From an uncultured Alphaproteobacteria bacterium (GTDB lineage: Bacteria > Pseudomonadota > Alphaproteobacteria > Micavibrionales > Micavibrionaceae), in assembly GCA_963974945.1 (NCBI GenBank), contig CAXBFT010000001.1, positions 1 to 40,293 of the forward strand: a stretch of DNA of 40,293 nt. Reading direction: 5' to 3'. Under the pieces are notes generated by a model. It saw nothing but the letters and a program-made list of their open reading frames with translations. It made no database searches and was not told the DNA's origin. Positions 15,979-25,882 of this stretch are shown one piece after another; within the stretch, counting starts at the first letter, position 1, and each line of letters opens with the position of its first letter. A program made the translations under genes and the position numbers.

Positions 15979-17027
15979 GAACCCCCCGGATACCAGATTT
16001 CAGAGATGATGCGCTTGCCCCCAATGCGTTTGAGTTGAATGACAACATCAATAATCGAGCTGATATAGGCCATGATCTGGTCATGGGTGAGGCCGAGATT
16101 GGCTTGCATCACCATCAAACAGATTTGTTCTAATGCCCCTTGCGGCGTATCGGCGTGAATTGTGGTAATTGACCCCGGATGGCCAGTATTTACAGCGCGA
16201 AGAAAGCTATAGGCTTCCTTACCGCGCAGCTCACCGAGCAAAATACGGTCTGGGCGAAAACGAAGACTGGCTTCTAATAAATCCTGAATGGTGACTTTGC
16301 TTTGCCCTTGATCCCCTTTGGATGCAAGAAGAGAGACATGATTTTTCTGGGGCGGCATGACTTCGGGCGTGTCTTCGATTGTGACTATGCGCTCATGCGG
16401 CTCAATCTCTTTTAAAATGGCGTTCAAAAGTGTGGTTTTTCCCGTCGATGTTCCTCCGGAGACAATGATATTTTTCTTTGCTCGAATGGCGGCAGAAATA
16501 AAGTCCTGGTATTCGCCTGCATCAAGATGGGATTGCAGGGTTTGATTAATGTCGGTTTTGCATGCACTACTTTCTTTTAAGCTCTCAAAAGCCCCCATTT
16601 CCCGATAATCATGAAGGCTTAAATCTCGCATGACTTGCTTTCTGATGGAAAGTGTGACGCCAAAACGAGAAACAGGCGGCGTTGCAAACTGAATACGCTC
16701 ACCGCTTGGAAGTGATGCCGATAATAAAGGTTTATTCGCAGCTATGGATTGATCGGTGTAATTGGCAACCAAACGGCCCAAACGCCATAAAATATCATCG
16801 GTGATGTCTTTGTTTTCGATGAACAGCATTTCAGGCTCACCGGCCTTTTCAATCCAAAGCTCCCCTGGTTTATTCACGCAAATCTCAGAAATATCGGGAT
16901 CATTCAGGTACTTCTCGAAAAGCCCCATATATTGTTTGAGATAAACGCCGGACTGCTCGGATTTTGCGCTATCTTTTTGCTCAAAAGATTGGTTGGCGGG
17001 TTTTACGGGTTTTTTGTGTGAACTCAT
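15975..17027 (-). CDS. virB11: VirB11 T4SS ATPase
   Basis: Walker A GGTSTGKTT and the His-box region TGHPGSITTIHA. I place the start at 17027 (MSSHKK), 10 nt after the virB10 stop, rather than the track start at 17123. Confidence 0.9.
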   Translation of the reverse strand: MSSHKKPVKPANQSFEQKDSAKSEQSGVYLKQYMGLFEKYLNDPDISEICVNKPGELWIEKAGEPEMLFIENKDITDDILWRLGRLVANYTDQSIAANKPLLSASLPSGERIQFATPPVSRFGVTLSIRKQVMRDLSLHDYREMGAFESLKESSACKTDINQTLQSHLDAGEYQDFISAAIRAKKNIIVSGGTSTGKTTLLNAILKEIEPHERIVTIEDTPEVMPPQKNHVSLLASKGDQGQSKVTIQDLLEASLRFRPDRILLGELRGKEAYSFLRAVNTGHPGSITTIHADTPQGALEQICLMVMQANLGLTHDQIMAYISSIIDVVIQLKRIGGKRIISEIWYPGGS

Positions 17028-17037
17028 CTCGCGCCTT

Positions 17038-18204
17038 TCAATGTTTCGGGATATTTCCAGCGACTTGCGAAAAATCCAAATCCTTGCCGACAAAGACCTT
17101 GATGCGGGCGCCTTGGTGAACATGCACCGTTGGCGGTATTCCTATTGAGTTATCAAGGGCGATTTCGGCTGATCTTGAAAAATCTGTGCCTGTATCAAGG
17201 GCAACAGTGGCCTGATCGTCATCATCTATGGCATTCACGCCAATCTGGATAGCACCATCAATAAGTGACAGAAGCACCGAAGAGCCAAAGCGTTCAAAGA
17301 AGTGCGTATCAACTTCCCCTGCCAAACCGCTGCGCCCTAAATCATCTGTGCCGTATGAGCCGATATTGATGCTCACACCGTCATTTCTGATAAGGCGGTT
17401 CCAGATCACAAAAACACGTGATTGGCCGCGAACAAGCCCTGAGCGATAACGCCCGATGAGCTTTGATCCTTTGGGAATGATAAGGTGAGAGCCATTAAAG
17501 GAATAGACATCTTCACTGACAATCGCACGCACCAATCCTGGAAGATCGCTTTGAATGGCCGTTTCTAATATTCCATCAATCAATGTGCCTTGTGTCACAA
17601 GCGTATCCAGATTTTGTAACTGTGAAGCCGTTGCTATTTCAACATCGCTATTCGCATATTGATTGGCAAAGGCGATATTAGGGTCTTGTTCACCGCCGCC
17701 AAGAAGTGATCCTTGCCCGCCTTGTGAAGTAGCCCCGCCCGCAACATTGCCTTGCGCTGAACCGCTGTTATCAAAGATTACTTGAGGGGAGCGTCTGCGC
17801 TCTTCCATGCGTTTCTTTTGTTCCCTCGCCAAACGCAAAGCTTCCTGTTGCATTTGCAGCTCGCGCTGCGCTTCTAACGGATCAAATAACTCACGTTCAT
17901 CAATCGGTGGAACAAGCTGTTCGAGCGGCACTTCTGCTTGTTCTTCAATTTCGATATAAGGGCCGGACGGGGTAGGCGTTCTAAACTCGATTTCTTCAGG
18001 TGTTGTCAGCTCACGCGGCGCGGATTGCTCCATACCATCCAAAGCGACAAAGATGATTGCGATAACGCCAACTGCCAGAAATGCGAAAATTCCAAATTTA
18101 GAGGCGTTTGAGCCTTGGGCTATGGTCGGAAATTCACGATCACCATCCAAAGTTCTTGGCTTAGGCTCCTCATCGAAGTTATCAGGCGGGGTTTGATCAT
18201 TCAT
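17038..18204 (-). CDS. virB10: VirB10/TrbI
   Basis: 388 aa with an N-terminal TM segment, a Pro/Glu-rich linker and a conserved C-terminal barrel region (IPKGSKLIGRY, VIWNRLIRNDGVSI). Confidence 0.9.
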   Translation of the reverse strand: MNDQTPPDNFDEEPKPRTLDGDREFPTIAQGSNASKFGIFAFLAVGVIAIIFVALDGMEQSAPRELTTPEEIEFRTPTPSGPYIEIEEQAEVPLEQLVPPIDERELFDPLEAQRELQMQQEALRLAREQKKRMEERRRSPQVIFDNSGSAQGNVAGGATSQGGQGSLLGGGEQDPNIAFANQYANSDVEIATASQLQNLDTLVTQGTLIDGILETAIQSDLPGLVRAIVSEDVYSFNGSHLIIPKGSKLIGRYRSGLVRGQSRVFVIWNRLIRNDGVSINIGSYGTDDLGRSGLAGEVDTHFFERFGSSVLLSLIDGAIQIGVNAIDDDDQATVALDTGTDFSRSAEIALDNSIGIPPTVHVHQGARIKVFVGKDLDFSQVAGNIPKH

Positions 18205-18216
18205 ATCATAATATCC

Positions 18217-19167
18217 TTACTCATTCAGGCTCGCTGTTTTTGGGCTGTCGAAATTGGAAAAGAGCTGCGCCAAAAGGCTTGGCTTTTCTTCTTTTTCAGC
18301 TTGAAGGGCGGCAATATCAGGTTTTTGAGAAGGAACGGGAACAGAAGCAACTTCTATTTCTTTGACCTCTTCCAGCTCTGCGATGGGTTCTGGTTCATAA
18401 GATGCCGGTTCAACTTGCGGGTAGGCATCATTCCAGATGCAAGTCGCTGTATCACCGTCTCTTAATGTGAATTGAGAGCCGACGCCGGAGACAACCAGAT
18501 ATTGACCTTGAAGATTGAAATTGACGAGGCGCTCATTACCGTTTTCATCAACACTAAAGACAGCAGGCATCACATCAAAATCTTCAAACTGGAAGTATGT
18601 GAAAACGCCATCATCAAAAGCGCGGATCGGGCGCAGGCGTTTTGATCCAGCATAGCTATAATCAAAATTTAAATCCGAGGCGCTGACGTTATCTAGCGGA
18701 TTAAAATGGGCTTGGGAGACACTGCCAATAAAGGCAAGCTCTTTGGCGGCTTCATCGGCGTAATGAAATTTTAGCCGGAAGGTTAAGTCCGAAGATCGAG
18801 GCGAATAGGCATCTCCAGCAGTTACCTCGAAGGTATAAATCCTTTTATCTGTAATGACCGTCATATTGGTTTCGGCATCTTCTTCCAAAGGCTTGATGAA
18901 CATGATATTGGGCTGCCCGGGCTTCATGACCTGCCACGCTTCGGTATCGCCTAAAGAAATGGTCTGAATGCGCTCTTTTTCCGAAAACTCAATCACCGTT
19001 GAATAGCCATAGTGTCCTCTTATCTGGTAGACATCATTTTCATGATAGGTGACGACTTTCACACGGGCGTCGGCGCTCGTTGGTCTTGGGTCTTTGCCTG
19101 CGAGGGCAGGGGATATGGATAGGCAGGAAATCAGGGCTGTTCCTAATAATAATTTTTTGAATGTCAT
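18217..19167 (-). CDS. virB9: VirB9
   Basis: 316 aa with a signal peptide. Its position and sequence pattern are VirB9/CagX-like. An ATGA overlap links it to virB8. Confidence 0.85.
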   Translation of the reverse strand: MTFKKLLLGTALISCLSISPALAGKDPRPTSADARVKVVTYHENDVYQIRGHYGYSTVIEFSEKERIQTISLGDTEAWQVMKPGQPNIMFIKPLEEDAETNMTVITDKRIYTFEVTAGDAYSPRSSDLTFRLKFHYADEAAKELAFIGSVSQAHFNPLDNVSASDLNFDYSYAGSKRLRPIRAFDDGVFTYFQFEDFDVMPAVFSVDENGNERLVNFNLQGQYLVVSGVGSQFTLRDGDTATCIWNDAYPQVEPASYEPEPIAELEEVKEIEVASVPVPSQKPDIAALQAEKEEKPSLLAQLFSNFDSPKTASLNE

Positions 19168-19841
19168 CGAACTCTCTCCAATACTTCTGGGTTAATACGG
19201 TAATGCGTGACTTGAAAGCCAAGCGGATTAGAAAATCTGTCTTTCATCTGCATGGGTTTTTGCGAATATTGAAACTGGATAACAGCGTTGAAATGCCCTG
19301 TTTTTATGCGGTCATTTTCTCTGACCTCGCGCATAAAACGCACTGACGCCGTTTTGTCATTGATGAAAGAAACAGACTTGATTTTGATGTCGATCGAGGC
19401 TTTCGCGCCAAGCTTTCGTGAAGGGTTATCGGGATTTGTGCCAGACCAAAGCTCTTGATATTCCTTCAAGGCTTCCCCATCAGACATAAGCTCTACGGCT
19501 TCATAATTTTCTTTTAAAATGGCCGGATTATACTGTTCTCGCAAAGATACGTATTTCACAAGATTGGCCTGTGTTACCGCTTCATCTTGTGTGAGGCTTC
19601 CATCATAAAGTCCTTTGGTGACTTCGAGATAGCCCGTTGTTTGATCAACAGTGACAACATAAGGCTCAAAGGTTTTAAGCGGTAAGATCAGAATAAGCGT
19701 CAAAAGAGAGAGCGCGGCGATGCCCATACAGAAAAAAGCCATGATCCAAGCGCGATTGCGCGATAGCAAGGCATTGGCAATCACTTCCTGATCCCATGTT
19801 TCGCCTTTTTTATAATAATCCGGTGTCTTTGTATTATTCAC
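19164..19841 (-). CDS. virB8: VirB8
   Basis: 225 aa with a single N-terminal TM segment plus a periplasmic domain. Gene order supports the call. Confidence 0.85.
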   Translation of the reverse strand: MNNTKTPDYYKKGETWDQEVIANALLSRNRAWIMAFFCMGIAALSLLTLILILPLKTFEPYVVTVDQTTGYLEVTKGLYDGSLTQDEAVTQANLVKYVSLREQYNPAILKENYEAVELMSDGEALKEYQELWSGTNPDNPSRKLGAKASIDIKIKSVSFINDKTASVRFMREVRENDRIKTGHFNAVIQFQYSQKPMQMKDRFSNPLGFQVTHYRINPEVLERVR

Positions 19842-19844
19842 TTT

Positions 19845-20852
19845 CTAAAATCCTCTGATATTCTTGGCTGCTGTCGTCACGCGCGCGCTCATAGCTTTTC
19901 CTGTTTGAACCGGGTGACGGGCAATGTTGTAGCCCATTACGCCAGTAGTGAATGAGCCTTTGGGCGTTCCCTTGCCAAAGCGTGATGCTAATCGTGATGT
20001 CCATGCTGCCGATCCCATTGTTGATAGGGATAGACCTCCCGTGACCGATGCCGCCATGTTCATAACCTGCATGAGCAGAAGAACCGAGACGATTGAGACA
20101 AAGAAGAACGGGCCGATATAAGAAAGGGTCTGAGCATCCCCGCTTGAATTATTTTCAAGGTTTTGGAGCGGCGGCTCTGCAATCGTTAAGAGCAAGGCGA
20201 GCAGGGCATAGACGAATATTGGTATGATGGCATAATTGAGTAGTGTGCGCAGCCAGCCCTCAAAAAGATTGCGCGTATTTGTAAATATCAAAAGCAATAT
20301 GAAGAGCGGCCCGATTGAAAGCAGAATAGCGACAGCAATCTTAGCCAATATAATCAGCATGGCGGCATAGCCGGTGAGTGCCAAAGCCCCGAACCAGATC
20401 ACTGCGGCATGAAAATATTTCCCTAAATCCGACCAGCCAGCCCCTTCCAAAATATCGCTGACAATATCCATTGCCCTGTCATAAAACTGGGAGAGGATGG
20501 TGTTGGCGGAAGTGTCATCTGTTGCCACCGCATTGGGCGTCGCGTTCGCTGCGCCTGTCATGATTTGGCCAGCCACATCGGAGGGCAGATCAGTCGCCAT
20601 ATTATAAACAAGGAGGAAGAACGTATCCCACTCGGTTGCGATTAACAGGAGAACGATAATCTTTAATGTATTTACGATTAAGTCCGTTGCGGCAAAACGG
20701 CCGGAAATAATGACTTTATATCCGAAGACGGCAATAAAGATGATGAACATCAATCGCCAGAGAAGCTGAACAGTAGGTGTCAGGCTTCCAAACGCACCTT
20801 GGACGAATGCGAGAATGACACTATCAATATTGTTGATGAGAGCCTCGATCAT
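19845..20852 (-). CDS. virB6: VirB6/TrbL polytopic membrane protein
   Basis: Multiple TM segments. The track start at 20870 is a TTG codon. The ATG at 20852 forms an ATGA overlap with the upstream lipoprotein stop, so I prefer it. Confidence 0.85.
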   Translation of the reverse strand: MIEALINNIDSVILAFVQGAFGSLTPTVQLLWRLMFIIFIAVFGYKVIISGRFAATDLIVNTLKIIVLLLIATEWDTFFLLVYNMATDLPSDVAGQIMTGAANATPNAVATDDTSANTILSQFYDRAMDIVSDILEGAGWSDLGKYFHAAVIWFGALALTGYAAMLIILAKIAVAILLSIGPLFILLLIFTNTRNLFEGWLRTLLNYAIIPIFVYALLALLLTIAEPPLQNLENNSSGDAQTLSYIGPFFFVSIVSVLLLMQVMNMAASVTGGLSLSTMGSAAWTSRLASRFGKGTPKGSFTTGVMGYNIARHPVQTGKAMSARVTTAAKNIRGF

Positions 20853-21241
20853 TCTTGTTTCTTGCTCCAATCACCCCAGAGATTTTTGCTGTCATCACGC
20901 GCTTTTTTGCGTGCTTCGTCTTGAAGGCGGTCAATAATCAGATCAATTTCGCTCCAACGCTTAATGGCTTTGACGTTATTGGCAGAAATATCGCCTAATC
21001 CCGCCTCTTTAAGAGAAATGGCAATGAGAGAGGCGCGGTCTTCACATTCTTTATATTTTTGGCCGTCTGCGCTTACAGAGTCAGGATTTGCCCACATCTT
21101 GCCGCAAAAGCTTTTATAGTTTTGGCTTTCGAAGATTTTTTGCGCGAGCGTGTTCGTCTCAACATCCTGCAAGGGATTGTCCTCTTGAATGCAGGCACTC
21201 AAAGATAATGATGTTAAGGCAAGAAGAAGGGTCTTTCTCAT
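20849..21241 (-). CDS. Lipoprotein between virB5 and virB6; entry-exclusion (Eex-like) candidate
   Basis: Lipobox LSLSAC after the signal peptide. 130 aa. It occupies the position held by eex in pKM101-type operons. Confidence 0.55.
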   Translation of the reverse strand: MRKTLLLALTSLSLSACIQEDNPLQDVETNTLAQKIFESQNYKSFCGKMWANPDSVSADGQKYKECEDRASLIAISLKEAGLGDISANNVKAIKRWSEIDLIIDRLQDEARKKARDDSKNLWGDWSKKQE

Positions 21242-21423
21242 GAATGATCCTTCGTTTTGGCCTTGGTGATCTCTGCCACATTGATCGGCAGCGGATCACA
21301 AGGATTGCCGGACAAGCTGGCTGTCTTTTTATTGCCGCAAGGGGCTTTCTTTTCACTGTAATGCGAGCAGCCTGAAACGCTAAAAGCAATCAGTACAAAT
21401 GAGAGGGTGAGTAGTTTTTTCAT
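21238..21423 (-). CDS. Small lipoprotein, VirB7-like candidate
   Basis: I place the start at 21423 (MKKLLTLSFVLIAFSVSGC lipobox), giving 61 aa. APCGN...NPCDPLPIN resembles VirB7 P-C and P-x-N patterns. The longer track ORF (to 21561) overlaps virB5. Confidence 0.5.
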   Translation of the reverse strand: MKKLLTLSFVLIAFSVSGCSHYSEKKAPCGNKKTASLSGNPCDPLPINVAEITKAKTKDHS

Positions 21424-21436
21424 GCGTCTTTTCTCC

Positions 21437-22183
21437 TTAATCTGGGAATTCAATGGCCTGCCTTGCGAGATCAGGGTCATATTGGTTAAAGGTTGCCGCT
21501 CGGCGGTTTTCCATGAGCTGCGTGTTATCAATGGATGAGTTTTGCTGAATTTGAATGGCATTCAGGCGCATAATCTCATTCATCAAAATTCCGTTCTCGG
21601 CGGCAATGCGGGCATTCAGATCAACAGATGCTTTTAAATCATCGCTATTATTCAGCTCGCTGAGGAGAGATTCATAGGTCTGCATCCGCACAGGAATATT
21701 GTTATAAGCCTGCTCACTGGCTGCGATTGCGGCATAGGTCGTGCCGGTTCTGCGGTCAATGGCTTTGGCAACTTGGCCGCTTGGATCAGAAGCCATGATT
21801 GTGGCGCCTGACAAAGGGTCAAACTCATTATAAAGATTGCTATAGATATTTTGTGTTCCCAAAGCGCCATTTGGGATAGGCGCGCCGTTAATCATATTGA
21901 GCGTGTCTTGCCATGTGTTGGGCAGATATTGGCGAAGTTGCTGTTCAAAAACCCCGTTCGCCACATCGCCCATATTGCGCGTTCCGGTAATTGCATCGGC
22001 TTGGCGCACCGCTTCTTCGAGCTGGTCAATCTGATTGGCATAGTCATCGGCCATAGCATCAAGCTGAGCGATAAGCTGCGCGTAGCCAGAGGCATCATAA
22101 ACGGGGATTCCTTGTGCCTTTGAGGTGTTGGGTGTGAAAAGCATCAAGGTCGTAGCAATGACTGCAATAAGGATTTTTTTCAC
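21437..22183 (-). CDS. virB5: VirB5/TrbJ minor pilus component
   Basis: Signal peptide, then QGIPVYDASGYAQLIAQL and coiled-coil-like repeats. An ATGA overlap links it to virB4. Confidence 0.8.
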   Translation of the reverse strand: MKKILIAVIATTLMLFTPNTSKAQGIPVYDASGYAQLIAQLDAMADDYANQIDQLEEAVRQADAITGTRNMGDVANGVFEQQLRQYLPNTWQDTLNMINGAPIPNGALGTQNIYSNLYNEFDPLSGATIMASDPSGQVAKAIDRRTGTTYAAIAASEQAYNNIPVRMQTYESLLSELNNSDDLKASVDLNARIAAENGILMNEIMRLNAIQIQQNSSIDNTQLMENRRAATFNQYDPDLARQAIEFPD

Positions 22184-24588
22184 GTTTGGGTTCTCCTTTG
22201 AATAAAAAGCCCAAGCCAGTCTTCAGGATTTGGGCTGGTTTCAGAGATAATTTGATCCATAAGATTGACGCTTTCGGTGCGCCCTGAAAGCACAGCAATG
22301 AAATCATCCATGCCGCTCAGATCAAGGCGGGCGATAACGGAGTCGCTGCCATGTTTAATGAGAAAGCAGCGTGATTCCGGTGATATTTCACGGATGAGTT
22401 TGAGTTCGTGATGGGTAAGACCAAAGCCTTTACAGTAATCTTCTTCGGAGGCCTTATTATTGGGCAAGAAAACTTGCGTAGGAGATTGTTCGATGATGGT
22501 ATCCCCCACATCGGAATTAAGGGCATCTCGCACCGATTGCGTAGCAAAGCCCAGAATCCCGTTTTGTTTACGGATGGTTTTCATCCAGTCTTTGATACGG
22601 TATGTGAAAACAGGATCATCAAGCATTTTCCAGCCCTCATCGAGCATGATGATGGTTTTTTGCCCATCCATCAGCGCTGAAATCCGGTGAAAAATATACA
22701 TGAGCCAAGGTGCGCGTGAGGTGGCATCATCCAAAATGGAGGTCAGATCAAAGCCTAGTGTGGAATTTCCAAGCAAAAGGGTGTCTTCCTCATTATCAAA
22801 GAGCCATGCTTTTTCGCCTTGGCTGTGCCATTTGGCTATTCTGGCTGATAGGGAATACGCGTCCCCTGAATCATATCCTGCCAAAAGCTCTGAAAAATAG
22901 CGAAGCCGCCTGTGATGGGGCGGTGTTTCAAAGTTGGCTTTGATGGCATCGCTGAGGATATCGCTTTCCTGCGGTGATAATTTTGCGCCGCCATCTGATG
23001 TGATAATCAAATCGAGCCAGTCTTTTAAAAAAGCTCTGTTTGCAGGAGTATCTCCAATTTGCAGAGGGTTCAGGCCAGTTGGCTCACCAGAGATGACATT
23101 TGTATAATCCCCGCCAATCGCGCGGATGAAAATTTCAGCGCCCCGATCCTTATCAAAATAGACTGATCTTGGCTTTACGCGCTGTGCTTGCGCCATGAGG
23201 AAGGTAAGAAGCACTGTTTTACCCGTTCCGGTCGGGCCGATCACTGTAAAATTGCCAACATCGCGCTCATGAAAATTAAACCAGTAAGGAGTACCAGACG
23301 TGGTTTCCAGCCGTGTGATGGCTTCACCCCAATGATTGCCTGTTTTGCTACCTGCCGGAAATGTATGAAGACTGGCAAAGCTGGCAAAATTCTTATTGGA
23401 AATCAGGGAACGCCTAGCAATATAGCTGAAATTCCCCGGCAGATTAGCCCAAAATGCAGGCTCTAAATTTACATCTTCTCGCGCAGAAATCAGGCCGATA
23501 TTGGTAAAAACGCTCAAAATATCGCTGATCCCGAAGTCGAGCCTGTCTTTATTGGGTGCATGGACGGTGAGTGAAATATGATGCTCGCCAAAGGTCGAGA
23601 GGCCGGAGGCCAGATCATTACGCGCATCTTGAATGTCCAGAATAAGGCTTTCTGCTCCTGATTCCGTTGCAATCATTTTTCGCTCAGCCTCATTCATGGC
23701 AGAAAGTGAGGTTTGCCGATCGACAAAGCCGAAACTCTGACACAGAATAAATTCATGGGGCAGGGCAAGAAGATTATCAAGCATTCCTGCGCCTGTGGTG
23801 GAAGCGTACTCTTTTACTGATAAGACGGCGCCGAGCTTGATGTCATTGGGCGCGGCGCCTCTTAATTCAAATGTTTCACGACCAAAGGAAATGCGCTTTT
23901 CAGGTAAATAACTGGCGATTGATTGTTCCGGCAGTCTCACCTTCTTATTCTCAAAATTAATCAGATATGAAAGGAAGGATAGATTTTCCGAATAAAAGCC
24001 GTGATCGTCTTTTTGTACGCTTAAGAGCTTAGGATTGTAAGGTTTAAGGGTGGAAAGGATGTTATTGACCGCTTCATTGAGAGCGCGGAGATTTTCAGCC
24101 TCATTTTGTTTTTGATGGTCTTTATCAACTTTGGAGAACAATGTCCGGCTAAGTTCAGACATCAGGCCAATCTTGCTTTTGGCTGGCCTTCGAATGATGG
24201 TGATATATTGCTCATTCACAAACATCTTCTTCGTGCTGAGCTTCTTTTGATAGGTGCGGTCAAGATCGCCGCAGAATTGATTGTCAAAGTGGGAATCGAG
24301 CTGGTCAAAGACCTGCCTTCGAATAGTATGCTGATAAATGGCAAAGCGGGAATTGCTGATCCCTCTTAATAATGTGGCGCGGATGTTTTTGCGGCTATCC
24401 AAATCAACCTGATCGGACGTTTCAAAAGGAAGACCTTCCACTTTGATGATTTTGAGGAGATAGCCTGCTTTGGTTTTGAGTGTCGTATCATTTATATGAC
24501 GGGAGTAGGGAATGAAGGACTCGATAGAGATCTCACGTTTTGCAACATGACCGTATCTCATATCTTCTTTTCTCGCCGCTTTTAGCAT
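22180..24588 (-). CDS. virB4: VirB4 T4SS ATPase
   Basis: 802 aa with Walker A GPTGTGKTV and Walker B region IIMLDEGW. Confidence 0.95.
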   Translation of the reverse strand: MLKAARKEDMRYGHVAKREISIESFIPYSRHINDTTLKTKAGYLLKIIKVEGLPFETSDQVDLDSRKNIRATLLRGISNSRFAIYQHTIRRQVFDQLDSHFDNQFCGDLDRTYQKKLSTKKMFVNEQYITIIRRPAKSKIGLMSELSRTLFSKVDKDHQKQNEAENLRALNEAVNNILSTLKPYNPKLLSVQKDDHGFYSENLSFLSYLINFENKKVRLPEQSIASYLPEKRISFGRETFELRGAAPNDIKLGAVLSVKEYASTTGAGMLDNLLALPHEFILCQSFGFVDRQTSLSAMNEAERKMIATESGAESLILDIQDARNDLASGLSTFGEHHISLTVHAPNKDRLDFGISDILSVFTNIGLISAREDVNLEPAFWANLPGNFSYIARRSLISNKNFASFASLHTFPAGSKTGNHWGEAITRLETTSGTPYWFNFHERDVGNFTVIGPTGTGKTVLLTFLMAQAQRVKPRSVYFDKDRGAEIFIRAIGGDYTNVISGEPTGLNPLQIGDTPANRAFLKDWLDLIITSDGGAKLSPQESDILSDAIKANFETPPHHRRLRYFSELLAGYDSGDAYSLSARIAKWHSQGEKAWLFDNEEDTLLLGNSTLGFDLTSILDDATSRAPWLMYIFHRISALMDGQKTIIMLDEGWKMLDDPVFTYRIKDWMKTIRKQNGILGFATQSVRDALNSDVGDTIIEQSPTQVFLPNNKASEEDYCKGFGLTHHELKLIREISPESRCFLIKHGSDSVIARLDLSGMDDFIAVLSGRTESVNLMDQIISETSPNPEDWLGLFIQRRTQT

Positions 24589-24603
24589 TGAGGCTCAATC
24601 CTT

Positions 24604-24921
24604 TCATGGTTTATAGCTGTTTGATTTCCAAAACGCTCTGTTCTGTATCGGGCCACACCTCGTTAATTTTGTAATGTATATGCTCATCCAGTGAGGCTCT
24701 TTTTCCGTCAAAATATACGCTGCGATATGGAGCGGAATGCAGACGCTTAAGAAAAAGAGGGCTTTGCCATAGAGCGAAGCAAAGGCAATCATACCGATCC
24801 CAAAGAGGATAAAATTGATCCCGAAAAACTCCATGGGCACGCCCAATACAAGTGGAGGTCTTGTCATACCGACAAATAGGGGATCTAAATCTTGATTGTC
24901 CTTGAACTCCATAAATGCCAA
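24604..24921 (-). CDS. virB3: VirB3
   Basis: 105 aa with DPLFVGMTRPPLVLGVP followed by TM segments. Confidence 0.8.
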   Translation of the reverse strand: MAFMEFKDNQDLDPLFVGMTRPPLVLGVPMEFFGINFILFGIGMIAFASLYGKALFFLSVCIPLHIAAYILTEKEPHWMSIYITKLTRCGPIQNRAFWKSNSYKP

Positions 24922-24925
24922 CTCC

Positions 24926-25216
24926 TTAAAGTGAGCCGGCTATGCTGTCCACAATCGCAGGGGCGCCAAATACGAGAATAATACCGCCGATAACAGAGGC
25001 TGCTATCCCCCAGGCCAAACGTCCTGTCATCCAAAGAATGCCTAGTCCAACAACCGCTATAATTGCAATGATCCGTGCCCAGGTATTGGTCAACAGATTC
25101 ATTAAAGCGTTTAGAAAATTTGTTCCTGAATCAAATAGGGCTTGTGCGTGAGCCGCTTCAGGATATGAGACCAGTATCAATGATATTAATAAAAATAAAA
25201 TATACCGGTTCTTCAT
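24926..25216 (-). CDS. virB2: VirB2/TrbC pilin
   Basis: 96 aa with a signal peptide and two hydrophobic helices. It is the first gene of the operon. Confidence 0.8.
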   Translation of the reverse strand: MKNRYILFLLISLILVSYPEAAHAQALFDSGTNFLNALMNLLTNTWARIIAIIAVVGLGILWMTGRLAWGIAASVIGGIILVFGAPAIVDSIAGSL

Positions 25217-25429
25217 AGTGCATCCTTACTCATAATTGAATTTTTTATAAATTCATAAAAAGGCACTGTGCAGCAATTTCAACGACTTTCACCTCAAAGT
25301 TAATTAATCCAGTAAAATTATACGCATCAGGTTGAATCCCGTTTAGTCAAATGAAAATCCCGATAATGATCTTAACAAAAGCGCGCGCATGTCTTGGTAG
25401 AGCTAAAGATTGGGAGACATGCCAAATAA

Positions 25430-25882
25430 ATGATGGGGTTTGATACTTTGGCTGTGCTTGCAAACCACACGAATGGACTAAAAAAAATGGAGCAAGCAAA
25501 ACCAAAAAATACAGATTTCAATGCGAAATTAGGCAAGAAGCTGAGTTTTCTTCGTCAGAACCGGAGCCTTTCCCAAGGGGAATTGGGAGATTTATTAGGT
25601 GTTCGGGCACAGCAAATACATAAATACGAAACAGGCGAAAACCGATTAACGGTTGAGAGACTCAAAGACTGTGCGGATGTTTTGGGTGTTTCTATGAATT
25701 ATTTTTTCATAGATAAAAATGGCCCTTTTAATACTGATGACAATGAACTTCTTCAGCTTGTAAGCGAATTTTACAGTGTTCCGAAGGACGTCAGGGTTGA
25801 ATTTTTAGCTCTTGTCAGAAAACTTCGGCAGTTTTCTCAGCAGTATCAAAATTCTTACAGTGAAACGGAGGATGCAGATTGA
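25430..25882 (+). CDS. XRE-family HTH regulator, divergent from the virB operon
   Basis: HTH LSQGELGDLLGVRAQQIHKYETGEN. The start is uncertain (25430, 25433 or 25488). Confidence 0.75.
   Translation: MMGFDTLAVLANHTNGLKKMEQAKPKNTDFNAKLGKKLSFLRQNRSLSQGELGDLLGVRAQQIHKYETGENRLTVERLKDCADVLGVSMNYFFIDKNGPFNTDDNELLQLVSEFYSVPKDVRVEFLALVRKLRQFSQQYQNSYSETEDAD

Noticed and set aside
15975-17123. Long VirB11 form starting at 17123 and overlapping virB10 by 86 nt.
   Set aside because: The internal ATG at 17027 (MSSHKK) lies 10 nt after the virB10 stop and gives a normal-length VirB11. The extension is basic, low-complexity sequence.
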